Assembly: GCF_018350175.1 (NCBI RefSeq)
Contig: NC_058368.1
Location: 107,448,001-107,512,000 of the forward strand
Source of the DNA: Felis catus
Taxonomy: Eukaryota
Direction of reading: 5' to 3'
Length of the DNA stretch: 64,000 bases
Under the pieces are notes generated by a model, which ran no database searches, was not told the origin of the DNA, and worked only from the letters and a program-made list of their open reading frames with translations. A program made the translations under genes and the position numbers. This document shows positions 39,243 to 52,701 of the stretch, in pieces. The stretch's first letter is position 1. Each line of letters opens with the position of its first letter.

Positions 39243-39673
39243 CACAGATTGGCAAATTATGTCCTACAGGCCAAGGCCAGCCCACCTTATGTTTTTGAAA
39301 TAAAGTTTTATGAGATCACAGTTACAATTTTTTTTAATGTTTATTTATTTTTGAGAGAGAGAGAGAGACAGAGTGTGAGCAGGAGAGGGTCACAGAGAGA
39401 GGGAGACACAGAACCTGAAGCAGGCTCCAGGTTCTGAGCTATTAGCACAGAGCCCAATGCGGGGCTCAAACTCACAAACAGTGAGATCAGACCTGAGCTG
39501 AAGTCCAACGCTTAACCGACTGAGCCATCCAGGCGCGCCTATACTCACTTGTTTATGCATTGTCTATGACCACTTTCTGATTACAACTACAGAATTGAGT
39601 AGTTGCTACAGAGAATGGCCCTCACCTAAAATTTTTAGTACTTGACCCCTTATAGCAAGTTTGTTGACATCTG
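39243..39673 (+). mobile_element. MER58-like hAT-Charlie DNA transposon remnant with a SINE inserted at about 39328-39540
   Basis: TTGGCAAATTATG...GGCCAAGGCCAGCCC...AAATAAAGTTTTAT [SINE] ...GAATTGAGTAGTTGC...TTTGTTGACATCTG. Confidence 0.75.
39328..39540 (-). mobile_element. CAN-SINE (SINEC_Fc-like) inside the MER58-like element
   Basis: Typical SINE body ending CCAGGCGCGCC. Confidence 0.9.
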
Positions 39674-41559
39674 GCATAGAGGAATTCCAAGACAAAAATG
39701 TTAATTAATGCCATACTAAAACTACCATCCACATCAACTAACTGTCTCTTAGTTTAAGTAGTGTCTTTGGGCTTCATTATAAATAATACATCTATAAACC
39801 TCTTATGACATGAGCAATGATAGAGCATTAAATATAACAAATTTGAATTCCTAATAAATAGTAAAAAAGTTATTCTTTGTAGGTATAAAATTCACCATTA
39901 ATCTACATTTAGAATAATTTTTAATACCTCATTTGGTTTAAACTATTTAAAAAAAGAAAGTTTTACATTATGAATTGCATAATATTGGTACACTTCTGAA
40001 ATTAGTTTCTTTATTCTAAATTACAATGAAAGTATACTCTTTGAATTGCAGTCATCTTCACTGTCTTTCTTCTCCCATACGAAAGCCTTCCATTGACAGA
40101 GTTTAGTTATTTTCAGGGCCTAGCCTGGCACCTGGTAGATGCCCTACAAATATGTTAAATAAATGAATTCCTTCTGACAAAACTTTTATAACCTTTGTCT
40201 CTTATTACCTGTGAAAGGAAGATTTGGGTAGTTGTTCATTTTTCTGCAGACATTTGGCAGGTTAGTAAAAGGCCATGTAAATTATATTAATCATAAGCAC
40301 ACAATTTCCAGAGATGGCCTTTCACTTGGAGATAATGAAATAGCCATGACCGGTTAGCATTTGATTTACTTTAAGTTTCTGTGGCTGATCTTTCCATTTA
40401 AATAGATTTGTGAGTCTCTTTCTTAAACATTTAATTTGTCCAGAAACAGTCTTTCTTTCCATGAATTTAAATGAATATTGATTTTTCTTTTGGTTTTAAA
40501 AGCCATCAATTGAGTTTTTAAAATGTATCAGTGATTATTATGAGAATTAAATAGTGCAAGTAAAAAAACCCACTTTAATTAATCCATTTCAGCAGTTAAT
40601 GATCACAGTTTTACATGAGATCCTGTTCCCTTCTTTAGTTGGTCCAGAGGCATTTTGTCAGGAGAAAATAATTGGTGTAGTACAGACTCTTTACATAAAG
40701 AGCTGATCTTAATGTAGAGCCTCTGTAACTGATCCTTTCAGAAGCTGATAGAAGAAAGGAAGAATACAGACAGTGACTCGGCCCCTTAGAAACAATTTAT
40801 AATTCATGAGGTAAAAAAAAAAAAAAATCAGGTTGTCTTCCCACCCAAATGTTCTTACATTTGAAAATTAAGAGGCAGAATTAACCAACCTGTGAGTGAT
40901 GTGTCATCTTTACTGCCATTTAAAAAACTATAATTTTCCTTTTTTTCATTTACCTCCTATTCAAATGTTTATATTTTTTTCATGAGAATCAGCTTTTTTC
41001 CCCCATTTTCTTTATTTAACCACTAAAATTGGCTTAAGTCCTTCAAGCAAGAGTTTTAAAGTGATTTTATTTCAAAATCTAGTTGAGATCAGATTAAGTC
41101 ATGGATGCAACTCTGAGTCTGTCTTTGAGAAATTTGTGGTGGCCTCTATAGCTTCTCAGCTAGACAAAAGAGCTTCAAAGAAGTAAAAGGGCATTGTCTC
41201 ATAGCTCCTTGACTTTTCAGTAGAAATGAGCCTGGATCAAAGATATGTATAGGAGTGGCTTGTGTCTAATATAGTGGATTATATCTACTATGCAGTAAGC
41301 CCACAAATTTTTAAAGGATTTGTGCTATCTTGGGCTGAAAAGGAGAGAGACTGTTCAAATGAAAAGAGGTCTCTTGGCCCCCATCCTTCCATGGGGAGAA
41401 AATTGAGAGAACTACTCACATGCAAATATGGACCATTTCTCCTAGAAGACAAGTAACTCAAAGGCTGGAACCAAATTTACAGAAGGCAGAGTCAAAAACC
41501 CTGAGAACTAGTCTCAGGGAGCCAAATGGGTTTTAATCAGTAACATTACCAAAGCCTCA

Positions 41560-42400
41560 GAGCATGATAGATGCAGAAAAGGCATTTGCTTTCAATATGT
41601 GATTTAATACGCTATTACAATACAAAACAAAAAAATTAAAACACTTAGTATGTTAGATACGTGGGGATTTCTAAAGCCTAACGAAAAAAAATTCATGAAA
41701 ATCTAGAGCAAACATTTTCTTAAATAGGGTAACAATAGGAGCAGTATCCTGTAAGACAAGTCAAGTATGTTTGTTCACTATTACTACAACTATTCTACGT
41801 TTTATTGGAGGCCCTAGGTAGTCTAAGAAGAAATGAAAAAAACTATTAGGAGTATAGGATAAGAGAGCAAAAAAATTATTTGGAGATAATGTTTATCATT
41901 CACATAGAAAATGCAAAAGAATCCTTAACTCTAGCAAAATTACAGAATGGAGTTAACATTTATATACATCAAAAACAAACACCTAGAAAACAAAAATAAA
42001 AAGACGCTGTTTATAGTAGTGGAAATACCATAGAAGAATGTAAGAATAAGCCTATTATAAGATAAATAAAGTCTCTATAGCTAAATTATAAAACTTTAAA
42101 AACTACTAAAATAATAAAAAAAAACTGTAGAAATACACTATATATGTAGTTAGGAAAACTTAATATTATAACCTACAGGTTTAATGTAATTCCAATAGAA
42201 ATTTCTGTTGAATCATTTTTAATGGAACTTGTTCAGATTATTATTAAATGTATGCAAAAGAATAAAGAGCCAAAAAATAGCCAGAGCTCTTTTAAGTCCA
42301 GGATGGGGGTTTGCCAAATTACATATTTTGAACCATAATATTGTAGGTAGTATAGTACTGGAGCATGGATAGATAATATAAGAGTGTAAAATTAATGATA
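41560..42400 (+). mobile_element. Old L1M ORF2 fragment
   Basis: ATAGATGCAGAAAAGGCATTTG (IDAEKAF) followed by degenerate ORF2-like A-rich sequence. Confidence 0.65.
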
Positions 42401-42979
42401 AATATGGAATTCAGAATGGTATTTGTTTAGACTGAGGTAGGTAGGAAGATGGGATATACAGTAATAAAGATATTTTTCAGTATAGAAATTCCTTAAATTA
42501 CTTGTCCTTTAATCCACTGACACTGAATAAGGCATTAGAGATAAAAAAAAAATGGTGATCTCTCATGCATATCAGTTCCTTAAAACCATGTAATGTGAGA
42601 ATCCAGCCTAACTGGGTGTGATTCTAGTGTATAAAAATTCTAGTGTATAAGATGATGTGGTATCTTAACTCAAAGCCAGTGTCTCTTTTGGAACTCAGCT
42701 GGAGAACCAGCCCCTGAAATAAACAGTATACTTACTGAGCAGTGGTATCTCATGATCTGACCTGACACTTGAGTAAGATACATTGAGAATAATATTTTTA
42801 CTCTTAATTTTCATCTCATTACATTATTAACATGTACACTCACATTGTATCATAACTTTTGTGTGAATTAACAATTTTTCCCTTAAACATTTTCTTTACC
42901 AAACAACATTTAATTAGGTGGAAATTAATTATAATCTTATTCATAATAAGAAAGGGTTTCTGTAATTATTTTTATTTTA

Positions 42980-43185
42980 TTTTAGATTTTTATTGAAGTG
43001 TAGTTGACATAGAGTATCATATAGTTTCTAGGTGTACAACATAGTGATTAGACAATCCCATACATTATAGAATGCTCACCAAGATGAGTGTAGCTACCAT
43101 TTGTCACCATACAAGTTTACTACAATATTATTGACTGTATTCCCTATGATGTACTTTTCATCCCCATGACTTATTTATTGTATTA
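42980..43185 (-). mobile_element. L1 3'-end fragment (carnivore type)
   Basis: TTTTATTGAAGTGTAGTTGACATAG...GGTGTACAACATAGTGATT...TACTTTTCATCCCCATGACTTATTTATT. Confidence 0.75.
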
Positions 43186-43339
43186 TATTTGACTTCTTCC
43201 TTATTGTGAGTTTCTTAATAAGATTTTGTCTTTGTATCCACCCTCAAGCACTGTACCTCCAGCATATACTAAGCATTCAAGACCGTTTGCTGAGAAAGTG
43301 AATAAACGGGAGAATGAATGAGGAGCAAATTTACATGAA

Positions 43340-43570
43340 GATTAAGAATAAAAGCTTTAGAGTTAGGAAGACCTCTAACTCAAGTCCTACTTTTTTTATT
43401 CATTATATAAATTTGTAAAATTAAGTCCTTTTTAATTATTTAGTAAAGAGGTAGATAATGACAGCCACCACCTCATTGAGTGTGGTGATGGTTAAATGAG
43501 TACATGTATGTGAAGTACTTAATAGAGTGCCCAGAACATATTAAACACTCCATAAATTTAAGTTATTAGT
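43340..43570 (+). mobile_element. MIR
   Basis: GCTTTAGAGTTAGGAAGACCT...GTTAAATGAG...GTGAAGTACTTAATAGAGTGCCCAGAACATA. Confidence 0.6.
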
Positions 43571-44549
43571 GCCATCTATATTATTATTATTACTATTATC
43601 AAGAATGGTTGCCTCACTAGAACTTATCGTTACTCGATGGTACCCAATTACGAGAATTTATTGTAATATTTAAAATTAGAGAATGTACTGTAATCTCTAA
43701 ACCAAGAAATTTATTACATTTATGAAGTCATAAAGACTGAAATGTTCTGTTAGGTAGTTTATTAGGCCCTAAAAGTTTTTCATCTTAGCAGTGGTCTTTA
43801 TGTCCTAGAAAAGATCATTTAAACATCTTTGATTTTTCTTTACGAAGCAGTAAATGTTGATTATAGAATAGACATTTGGTATAGTTCTTCCTTTCTGAAT
43901 AAAAAGGATAGGCCAATTTTTCTAATGAACCGCAAAGAGGTAGGCCTTTCCAAAATCCTCTGTTGACTGCAAAATTATTCCAAGTGGTTTCCAAAAGGTT
44001 CTGATTAATCTTTGAGGAAGAAAACATATCTCTAGCACCCTGAATGATAGTGCCGGAAATTTCTTTTCCTTCAGTTTGGCAATAAGCCATATCCGTATTG
44101 TATTGTTAGATGTTAGGGAAGTTCTATAGGTGGCCTAGAAGCTCCATTCTTAGGTTCCCCAGAAAAATGACAAACATGACAGTCAAGGAGGCCATCGGCT
44201 TCTCTTGACTTTGACTCGGTGCTTTCCTTCAGAGAACCAGACAGGAAGGACTTGTGTTAGACATTGAAGGTCCTAAAACTATCTTCTAAACAGAATTCTA
44301 ATTTTTAGTATCTTGTAGTTAATTTCAAATTCCAAAAGAAACATACCAGCTCAAGCAGTGTAATTTGGCCAAGAAAGAGAGTGGTAGGAGATGATCAGAG
44401 GGATGGTCCAGGACAGCATCAGGTAAGGACCTTGCAAGTCATGATGAAAGGTTAGGTTTTTTTTAATGCACATTTTATTTTGAAAATCGAGTTAAAATGT
44501 ATACATATATATCATGAAATACACAAATTATTATTATTTGTATTTTTTA

Positions 44550-44632
44550 AATTTTTAAAAATGTTTGTTTATTTTTGAGAAAGAGAGCATGAGCAGCGGA
44601 GAAGAGAGAGAGGGAGACACAGAATCTGAAAC
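44550..44632 (-). mobile_element. 5'-truncated CAN-SINE tail fragment
   Basis: ATGTTTGTTTATTTTTGAGA...GAGAGGGAGACACAGAATCTGAA only. Confidence 0.75.
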
Positions 44633-44859
44633 AAAGATACGCAAGTTTTTAAATGTTTGATTTGTTAAGTTTAACAACTATATGGTAATATAATTACCAT
44701 CCCAGTAAAGATACAGAACATTTCCATCACATCAAAAGTTCCCTTGTCCCCTTGTCCTGACAGTGCACAACCCCATAGAACCAATTGCTTTGGTTTATAT
44801 CATCATTGATGAGTTTTGCCTGTTTTTGAACTTCATACAAATACAATCCTACAGTATTA

Positions 44860-45083
44860 GGGTGCCTGGGTGGCTCAGTCGGTTAAGCATCTGACTTCAG
44901 CTTAGGTCATGATCTCTCTGATCATGAGTTCTAGCCCTGTGTCGGGCTCTGTGCTGACAGCTCAGAGCCTGGAGCCTGCTTTGGATTCTGTCTCTCCCTC
45001 TCTCTCTGCCCTTCCTCCCCTAGTCACACTCTGTCTGTCTCTCTCTCAAAAATAAACATTTTTTAAAAATTAAAACAATTAAG
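44860..45083 (+). mobile_element. CAN-SINE (SINEC_Fc-like) with TSD
   Basis: TSD AATCCTACAGTATTA at 44845-44859 and 45084-45098. Confidence 0.92.
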
Positions 45084-45577
45084 AATCCTACAGTATTAAC
45101 AGTGTATGCTATTTTGTGTCTGGTTTCCTTCTCTCAACATAATGTTTTGGAGATTTATCCCTCTTGTTGCATGCATGAGTAGCTTCCTCAAGTACAAGTC
45201 TTTGTACAGACATACTTTCATTTTTCTTTGGGTGAATACTTAGGTATAGAATGGCTAAATCATACAGTAGGTGTATGTTCGATTTTTTAGAAACCACCAA
45301 ACTATTTTTCACAGTGCATTTACCTCTTCACATTCCCATCAGCAGTGAATAGGAGTTCCAGTTCCAACACATTCTTGCTAAGCTAACACCTGTATGAGCT
45401 CTTTTTAATTTTAGCCTTGCAAATAATAATGGTATCCGTTGCAGTTTTAATTAGTATTTTCCTTGTAATAATGATGTTGAGCATCTTTTTAAGTGCTTAT
45501 TTATCAAATATTTATCTTCTTTGGCCAAATGTCTATATAGTCTTTTGCCCATTCTTTTCATTGTATTGCTTGTTGTA

Positions 45578-45721
45578 TTAATAATGAATTTTGAGGGTTC
45601 TTTATGTATTCTAGATACAAGTACTTCATCAGATATGTGATTTGTAACTTCTTAATAATGAATTTTGAGAATTCTTTATGCATTCTAGATACAACTACTT
45701 AATCGGATATATGATTTGTAA
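45578..45721. repeat. Tandem duplication with 74-bp period inside L1
   Basis: TTAATAATGAATTTTGAG...TTCTAGATACAA...GATTTGTAA at 45578-45647 and 45652-45721. Confidence 0.9.
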
Positions 45722-47184
45722 ATATTCTCCCAGTTTGTGCGTGTGGTTGGGGTGCATGAGCATGAATGCGTGTGCTTGTTCTTCTAAAAGAATGTTTTGT
45801 AGAGCAAATTTTTAAATTTTATGAAAGCCAATTAAGTATTTCTTTTAAGGACCTTGCATTTAGTTTTATCTGTAAGAAATCTTTGATCCAAAGTCACAAA
45901 TATTTTTCTTAATATTGTCTTCTAGAAATTTATAGAGGTTTTACATTTAGGTCAATTTTACATTTTGAGTCAATTCTTGTAAATTGCAAGGTACAGGTTG
46001 ATGTTCATGTCAGTGCATATGGATATCTAAATGTTCCAGCACTATTTGTTGAAAAGACTGTACTGTCTTCACTAAATTGTCTTTTCACCTTTGTCAGAAA
46101 TCAGTTGTTCAAACGTGTATATTAATTTCTAGTGTCTCTTTTCTGTTTATTTAATCTCTTTATTTATGACAGAGCAGCACTGTCTTTATAACTGCAGTGT
46201 TATAATAAATATTGAAATCAGATAATGCCATCTTTATGGAAGTTTTAAAGACTCTCCTATGAAGTTGTCTTTGATGTTGTATTTTCTTTGTATTTCCACT
46301 TAAATTATAAAATCAGCTTATTTAGTTCTACAAAAAAATTATGAATCTTTTTTATCACAGTTGGCTTGGATCTATCAGTTTTGGGGGAATTGACAGAATA
46401 TTGAATCATCTGATTTACGAACACAGCAAATTTTTATTTATTTAGTTTTCTTTTATTTCCCTAAGTAATATTTTAGAGCTACAGTGTCATGCATATCTCT
46501 TTTAATATAGTTCCCTAAATAGACAGTGTTATAAATGAATAAAGGCAGTTTTAATTTTTTCTTTACAATCTAGATGTATTTTATTTCTTTTTCTTGCCCT
46601 TACCATACTGGGTAGTATCTTTAAAACAGTGTTTGGTAGAATTCACCAGGCAAATCATCTGCTCCTGGGCTTTACTTTGTTGGGAGGTTTTGATTACTGG
46701 TTCAATATTTTACTCATTATTGGTGTGTTCAGATTTTCTATTTCTTCATGAATCAGGCTTAGTAGCTTTTATCTTTCTAGGAATTTATCTGTTTCTTCCA
46801 GTGTATCTAGTTTGTTGACATTTAATTTTTCATAGTTGTCTCTTATGATGTTTGTATTTCTGTGTTAACCAGTTGTAATGTTTCCTTTAATTTTTTAATT
46901 TTATTTACTTGAATCTCTCTTTTCTTTTTCTAGCCTAGTTAAAGATTTGTCAGTTTTTTGTATCTTTTCCAAAAAATCACTTCTTAATTCTTTTGATCTT
47001 TTTTATTGTTTTTCTGGTGTCTATTTCTATTCTATTCTATTCTATTCACTTATTTCTATTCTTGCCTTGGTTATTTCTTTCCTTCTCACAACTTTGGGCT
47101 TGGTTTGCTCTTGTTTTTCTAGCTCCTTGGGATAAAAAGTCAGATTATTCGAGATCTTGGTTTTTTCACTTCCATTTCTTTTCT

Positions 47185-47270
47185 TCGTTATGTAGGCTCC
47201 ACACCCAATGTCAGGCTTGAACTCATCACCTTGAGATCAAGAGTCACATGCTCTACCAACTGAGCGTCCC
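47185..47270 (-). mobile_element. Short tRNA-derived carnivore SINE inside the L1
   Basis: Minus strand GGGACGCTCAGTTGGTAGAGCATGTGACTCTTGATCTCAAGGTGATGAGTTCAAGCCTGACATTGGGTGTGGAG (A/B-box-like) followed by an A-rich tail. Confidence 0.75.
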
Positions 47271-48390
47271 TTGCTTTTTTCTTAATGTAGGTGTTTATCA
47301 TTATAAACTTCCTTCTTAGAATTGCTTTTGTTGCAGCCCATACATTTTGGTATGTTGTGTTTCCATTTTTATTTACTTCAATATATTTTTTTATTTCTTT
47401 AAAACAATTTTTTTGACGCATTGGTTGTTCAGGAGTGTGTTGTTTAGTGTCCACATATTTGTGAATTTTTCCAGTTTTCCCTCTTTTATCAATTTCTAGT
47501 TTCATACCATTTTGATCCAAACAGATACTTGGTATGATTTGTCTTACATTATTTGCTAAGACTTGTTTTATGACTAATATCATCTGTCTTTGAGAAGTTC
47601 CATGTGTGTTTGAGAAGAATGTGTATTCTGCTGCTATTAGAATGGTTGTGTCCATTGTTTCCTTACTGATTTTCTGTCTGGATGATCCACCCACTGTTAA
47701 AAGTAGAGTATTGAAATCCTCTACTATTAGTGTTCTTTGTTCATTTATTTCCTTTAGATTTGTTAGTATTTACTTAGTACATTTAGGTGCTTCATTGTTT
47801 GATACATAAATATTTACAATTGTTACATCCTTTTGATGAATTGATCAACTCCTTTATCATTGTATATTAATGTGCTACATTTCTTGTTATAGTTTTTTAA
47901 CATGAAATCAATCTTGTCTGTTATGGGTACAGACAACTATGTTTTCTTTTGGTTTCCGTTTGCATGTAACATCTTTTTCCATCCCTTCACTTTGAGTCTC
48001 TGTGTGTCCTTAAAGCTGAATAAGTCTCTTCTAGGTGACATATAATTGGTCTTTTTCTCTGATCCATTCAATCATTCTTTATCTTTTGATTGGAGAATTT
48101 TTTTCATTTACATTTAGAGTAATTATTCATAGGTAAGGATTTACTAATATCATTTTGTTAATTGTTTCCTGGATAGTTTTTAATTCCTTTGTTCCTTTCT
48201 TACTATTTCCCTTTGTGAATTGATGGTATGCTTTGATTCCCTCCTCTGTCTTTTGTGTATCTACTATAGGTTTTTGCTTTCTGGTTACACATCAAACATC
48301 TTATAGATGTAGCAGTCTCTTTTGAGTTGATGGTAATTTACCTTTGATCACATAAAAAACTTTAACCTTTTATTTCTCTTATCTTAGATC

Positions 48391-48452
48391 TTTTATATTG
48401 TATATCCTTTAACAAAGTGTTATTTTATATTGTGTATCCTTTCACAAAGTGT
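48391..48452. repeat. Tandem duplication with 32-bp period
   Basis: TTTTATATTGT(A/G)TATCCTTT(A/C)ACAAAGTGT occurs twice. Confidence 0.9.
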
Positions 48453-51400
48453 TGTAGCTATAGTTGTTTGTAAATATGTTTCTCCTTTAACCTTTTAATA
48501 GTTAATGATTAACACACTATCACATTGTAGTATAGTATTAAAGTATTCTGAATTTGACTATATGTTTACCTTTACCAGTTTTATATTTTCTTATGTTTTC
48601 ATGGTATAAATCCTCTATTCCGCATTTTGTGGGAAATAAAATGTGCTTCCCTTATCTTGTGAAGTGTGAATGTGAATTTCAGAAGGATTATAAGAAGATC
48701 TTTTACAGTAAAAATTTTTCTTGCTTTTAATTTATTATTCATATTTCACATCATTTAGCTATGTTCTTCTCTTGCTCCACAGGTCACAGAGCATAGTCTT
48801 TCCAGGCCTTCACAGAACTGAAAGCACACTAACCATTTGTGTGTAGTAGGTTTTAATAAAGATGTGGTACAATGCAAAGGGGGCTGTGTTGCTGCACTTA
48901 AAAAACTCTTTTAGTTAAGCCTACCCCTAGGAACATCTTACTATGTACAGAAACTAATAGGTTTCTGTAGTCATGTAGAACAGTCCCTGTTTACCCTGTT
49001 GGTAAATCTCTCCTTTTGGTTCTTACTTTACTTTGAAAATGTCTCTCTTTTATTCCTTGTCCTATGAATTCATAATGAAGAAATTATCACTTTGTTTTGC
49101 TGTCTCTTTTCAATGCATGATCTTATATTTGCTTATTCAGGTATTCTGTCAGACAAAAGCCTATAATCTCTAGAAAGAAACAACGCAACTTCCTAGGAGT
49201 AGTAGCTATTATTATTAAAATAGCAATTAAAATAGCAATTATTGATGTTACATTTAATAATGTGATACATTTCTCTTCTTTTGTTTGACTGTCATAACAA
49301 TAGATGAATATATTTGTCATTATTTTCTTATGACCCCCTAGCTTTCATCTAGTGAGCACCTTTAAGAAACCACATCCCTGTGGTCCAGCTTTGCACCAAG
49401 TGCTGGAATATACATGTTCATGCCTAGTTAGGGCTGCCACTTAAATGGGATTTTCTCATTTGTGACCTAGGGCTAGCAATCGCTAAAACACAGTTGTTCT
49501 GTGGTTCAAATATGTAAATTAATATGACTTATTAAATACAGATCATAAACCTAAAATACTATGTAGATATGAGGTATTGTTCTGTTTGTGATGCATTCTT
49601 TCATTCAAAAAATATTTCATGAGTGTCTGAAATGCTACAGTGATCTCACTGACGTTCTATATATCGAGGACATAAAGGAAAAGTCCTTACCCTTATCAGC
49701 TTTATATTTCTCATATATTGAAGAGGGATATTTCTTTGTAAAATATAAGATTTTTATTTTTTTTTTGTTCTCTTCTGTGTGAACTTATTTCTGTGGGACT
49801 CTGTCTAGTGTCTAGTTAGAAAATCTTATAGACATCACCTCTATATAACTACCGAAAAAAGGTTATCTAATTATTGAAACATCTTATTTAACATGCAAAC
49901 AGTAAGAATGGGCATAGGAGGCAATATAAACAGTACGTTGTTTGATTGTACCAGTGTGAGAAATGAACGTAATGGTGCGTATATGGTGGAGGGTGGGGGG
50001 ACTTAATTGTGGAGGTTTTTCTTTCTGAGATTTACCCTTTAATATATTGCTTTTAAAGACATTCATTTATTATGATCATAGAAATGGAGATTTCAAAGCA
50101 AGGCATAAAGGTAGAAGTAAGAGCTATGAATTACCTGATAATAAATTGGAACCAGCCCTATGAGCCAAAATAGATAAAACATAGTTTCATGACTTAACAT
50201 CATTCCTCCCAAATGTCAGTGCTACATATATATTATATTGGAATTTCAAAATTGAAGCTTCTGCTAACTTCCCATATGATCCCAGAATATCTTCATTCCA
50301 GTTTATAATAAAAAAAGGATAATTTATGAATAAGAAGCCAGAGAATATGGTTCTTTTGACTCTTTGGCAGTAATGCTATTATCTCTCACGTAAATCAGAT
50401 TACATCTTCTTCATTAGCATCCAGGAAATCAATATTTAAAACCCTTTAATTCTCAGGCCCGTGGACTTAGGAGCACCCTTTTATGATATCATGGAAATAA
50501 GATACACATATATTAGTCTCCACTGCAAGAACCATTAGCTACTGGGCACATGATCACATTTAGATTGTTGTTGGAGATGGAAAAGTAAATTCCTCATGCT
50601 TTTGCTGGAGAAATACTGAATGCAAAAGAAAAAACAAAGAAGAAAACTCCATTGCCTATGAAAATAGGAGATAGCCACACTTCTAAACCATAATCTGTGA
50701 AATAGTTGTGCCAAAAAGAATGAAAGATAAATAAAACTGAGGATGAGCAAACACACACCCCTGCAGATAAAAATCATTGTACAGAATTGTTCAAGAGGTG
50801 AGGGCACAATTTAAGTATATGAGCTAATGATGCTTTTCTTATAGTCATAATATCTAAATGTGCATACATTGTTGTTTTAATTAATAAGTTCATTAAAATA
50901 TCAGAAACACACAAAACCTAAATAAATGTGCATACAAGCCATCTAATGTGTTGCCCTTATAACAAAGTAGGCAAATCAGGTTTTAAACATACACACACCC
51001 AGACATCATAACTGTGAGAATCCATTTCAGCATGGTTAGATCATGAAAAAATGATACATTACAATTAGCTCTGCAATAGACACTGAGATAGGTCAACTGA
51101 GAAGCAAACATTCACTATATAGGAAGACTGTGGATATGGGACTTCCCTTTAAACAAGGCAGACTTCTGCCAGTTCATGGAAGACCAGAACCCCAAAGTGG
51201 AATATTAGTGAAAATGATTAACATTTCTTAAAACTTTCTGCCTCATGGAATTGAGCCCCAGTTGCTCACAAGACTAACCCACCTATTAATATACTCCCTG
51301 AAATAGAGGCTCATGGATCCAGTCCTTGTAAAACACCAAGAGATCTGTGCATCCTAATTCTTCGCTCACCATTTTTGGATTGAATCAGTAGATCTTTTTC

Positions 51401-51455
51401 TACTGCCTTCTCCTATGCTCTGATGTTCTGTTTCAAAATTCAATTTGTTTCTTTG

Positions 51456-51653
51456 TGAAGTTTATTTATTTTGAGAGAGACAGCGAGCATGAATGGGGGA
51501 GAGGCAGAGAGAAAGGGAGACAGAGAATCCCAAGCAGGCACCATGCTGTCAGTGCAGAGCCCAATGTGGGGCTTGAACCCATTAACTGTGAGATCATGAC
51601 CCCAGCTGAAACCAAGCATCGGCTGGTTAACCAACTGAGCCACCCAGGTGCCC
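51456..51653 (-). mobile_element. CAN-SINE
   Basis: Typical SINE body ending CACCCAGGTGCCCC. Confidence 0.9.
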
Positions 51654-51914
51654 CAGTTTTTAACTACTTCCAAAATTTCTGTAGTTTCCTAACGGACCCT
51701 TCCATTAGAGCAGGCAGCTCACCTGTGGGGAAAAAAAAATCCGTGAACAATATAATATTGATAATATAATATGAAAATAAATCTGTGTTATTTCCTTATT
51801 AGTCCTTTTGCTTCATTTATCTGTGGTGATTGATCATCATTTCCTCAAGATCCATATCCCAAGTCAATCTCATTATCTCTGGTTTTTTACATTGAACACT
51901 GTTCTCATATTCTT

Positions 51915-52373
51915 TTCCTGGGACTCCATTTTCTGTGGCTGCTGTGACAAATTTCCACAAACTTGGTGGCATAAGACAACAGAATTTATCGTTGCGTACT
52001 TCTGAAGGTCAGAAGTCTGAAATCATTTTCATTGGGTTAAAATCAAATTGTCATGAGGGCCACACTCCCTCTGTAGGCTCTAGGGAAAAATCCATTTCTC
52101 ACCTGTTCCAGTATCTGGTGACTTGGCTTATAGCTGCACTCTAATCTCTGCCTCTGTCTTAACATAGCCTTCTCCACAGTGTTAAATCTCCCTCTGTTTT
52201 GATGGACCCATGTGATGGCATTTAGGGCCCATCCAGATAAAACAGGGTAATCTGCTCTTCTAGAGATCCTTAACTTAAACTTAATCACATCTGTGAAAAC
52301 CTTTTTTCCAAATAAAGTAACATTCCAGGGGTTAGGACCTGATACCTTTGGGACCACTATTCAACTTTCTGTA
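51915..52373 (-). mobile_element. MLT1 (MaLR) solo LTR, MLT1C-like
   Basis: GCTGCTGTGACAAATTTCCACAAACTTGGTGGCATAAGACAACAGAATTTAT...TTAATCACATCTG...AAATAAAGTAACATTC...CCACTATTCAAC. Confidence 0.85.
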
Positions 52374-52402
52374 GACTCCATAGATCTAAATTTTTGTTTA
52401 TT

Positions 52403-52690
52403 TGTTATGGAACCTGGTCTGGATCACCTGGCGGAAGAACCAAGCAGCACTCAAGAGATCTCGGAAGGCAGGAGGTTTATTTCACACCCCCAGGTTCAAA
52501 GAAGATCATGCTCCAGAGTTCTGAGTCCCAAGCTTAAGCAGAGGGAACAGTTGATAGTCTGTTACTTCTGCATTAGGAGGAATTTGGCTCATGGCAAGCA
52601 GGGTAGGAAGAACCTGGAAGGGGAGTCTTCGACCAGGGACTGGAATTCCCCTATCAGTACTGTGGGCTATCTTATAATTTTTCCCTATCA
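52403..52690 (-). repeat. 3' LTR of the provirus (288 bp)
   Basis: Aligns end to end with 57929-58222 (by hand about 40 substitutions in 284 aligned nt plus 4 indels). AATAAA at 52481-52476. Preceded by the PPT. Confidence 0.93.
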
Positions 52691-52701
52691 TTCCCCACTC
52701 T
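52691..52701 (-). promoter_or_regulatory. Polypurine tract
   Basis: Minus strand AGAGTGGGGAA directly before the TG of the 3' LTR. Confidence 0.85.

Larger units (their letters stand above)
44470..46600 (-). mobile_element. Old L1 (L1MC/ME-like) 3' UTR and ORF2 end, with SINE insertions
   Basis: CATTCCCATCAGCAGTG...ATGATGTTGAGCATCTTTT...CAGCACTATTTGTTGAAAAGACT are conserved L1 ORF2-end motifs. Confidence 0.75.
46620..48610 (-). mobile_element. L1 ORF2 5' (endonuclease) fragment
   Basis: ORF 47188-47694 contains SSRQKISKET, AEYTFFSNTHGT, DQNGMKLEI and NGNTTYQNVWAATKAILRRKFI. Confidence 0.85.

Noticed and set aside
47185..47270. tRNA gene
   Set aside because: The tRNA-like head lacks a pairing acceptor stem and has an A-rich tail, so it is a tRNA-derived SINE.
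9383..48452. Direct repeats as a CRISPR-like array
   Set aside because: These are isolated two-copy tandem duplications in mammalian DNA, with no repeat-spacer periodicity and no cas genes.
1971..51769. Recurrent 'WVAQ..SAQVMIS..' ORFs suggesting a gene family
   Set aside because: They are translations of CAN-SINE copies.
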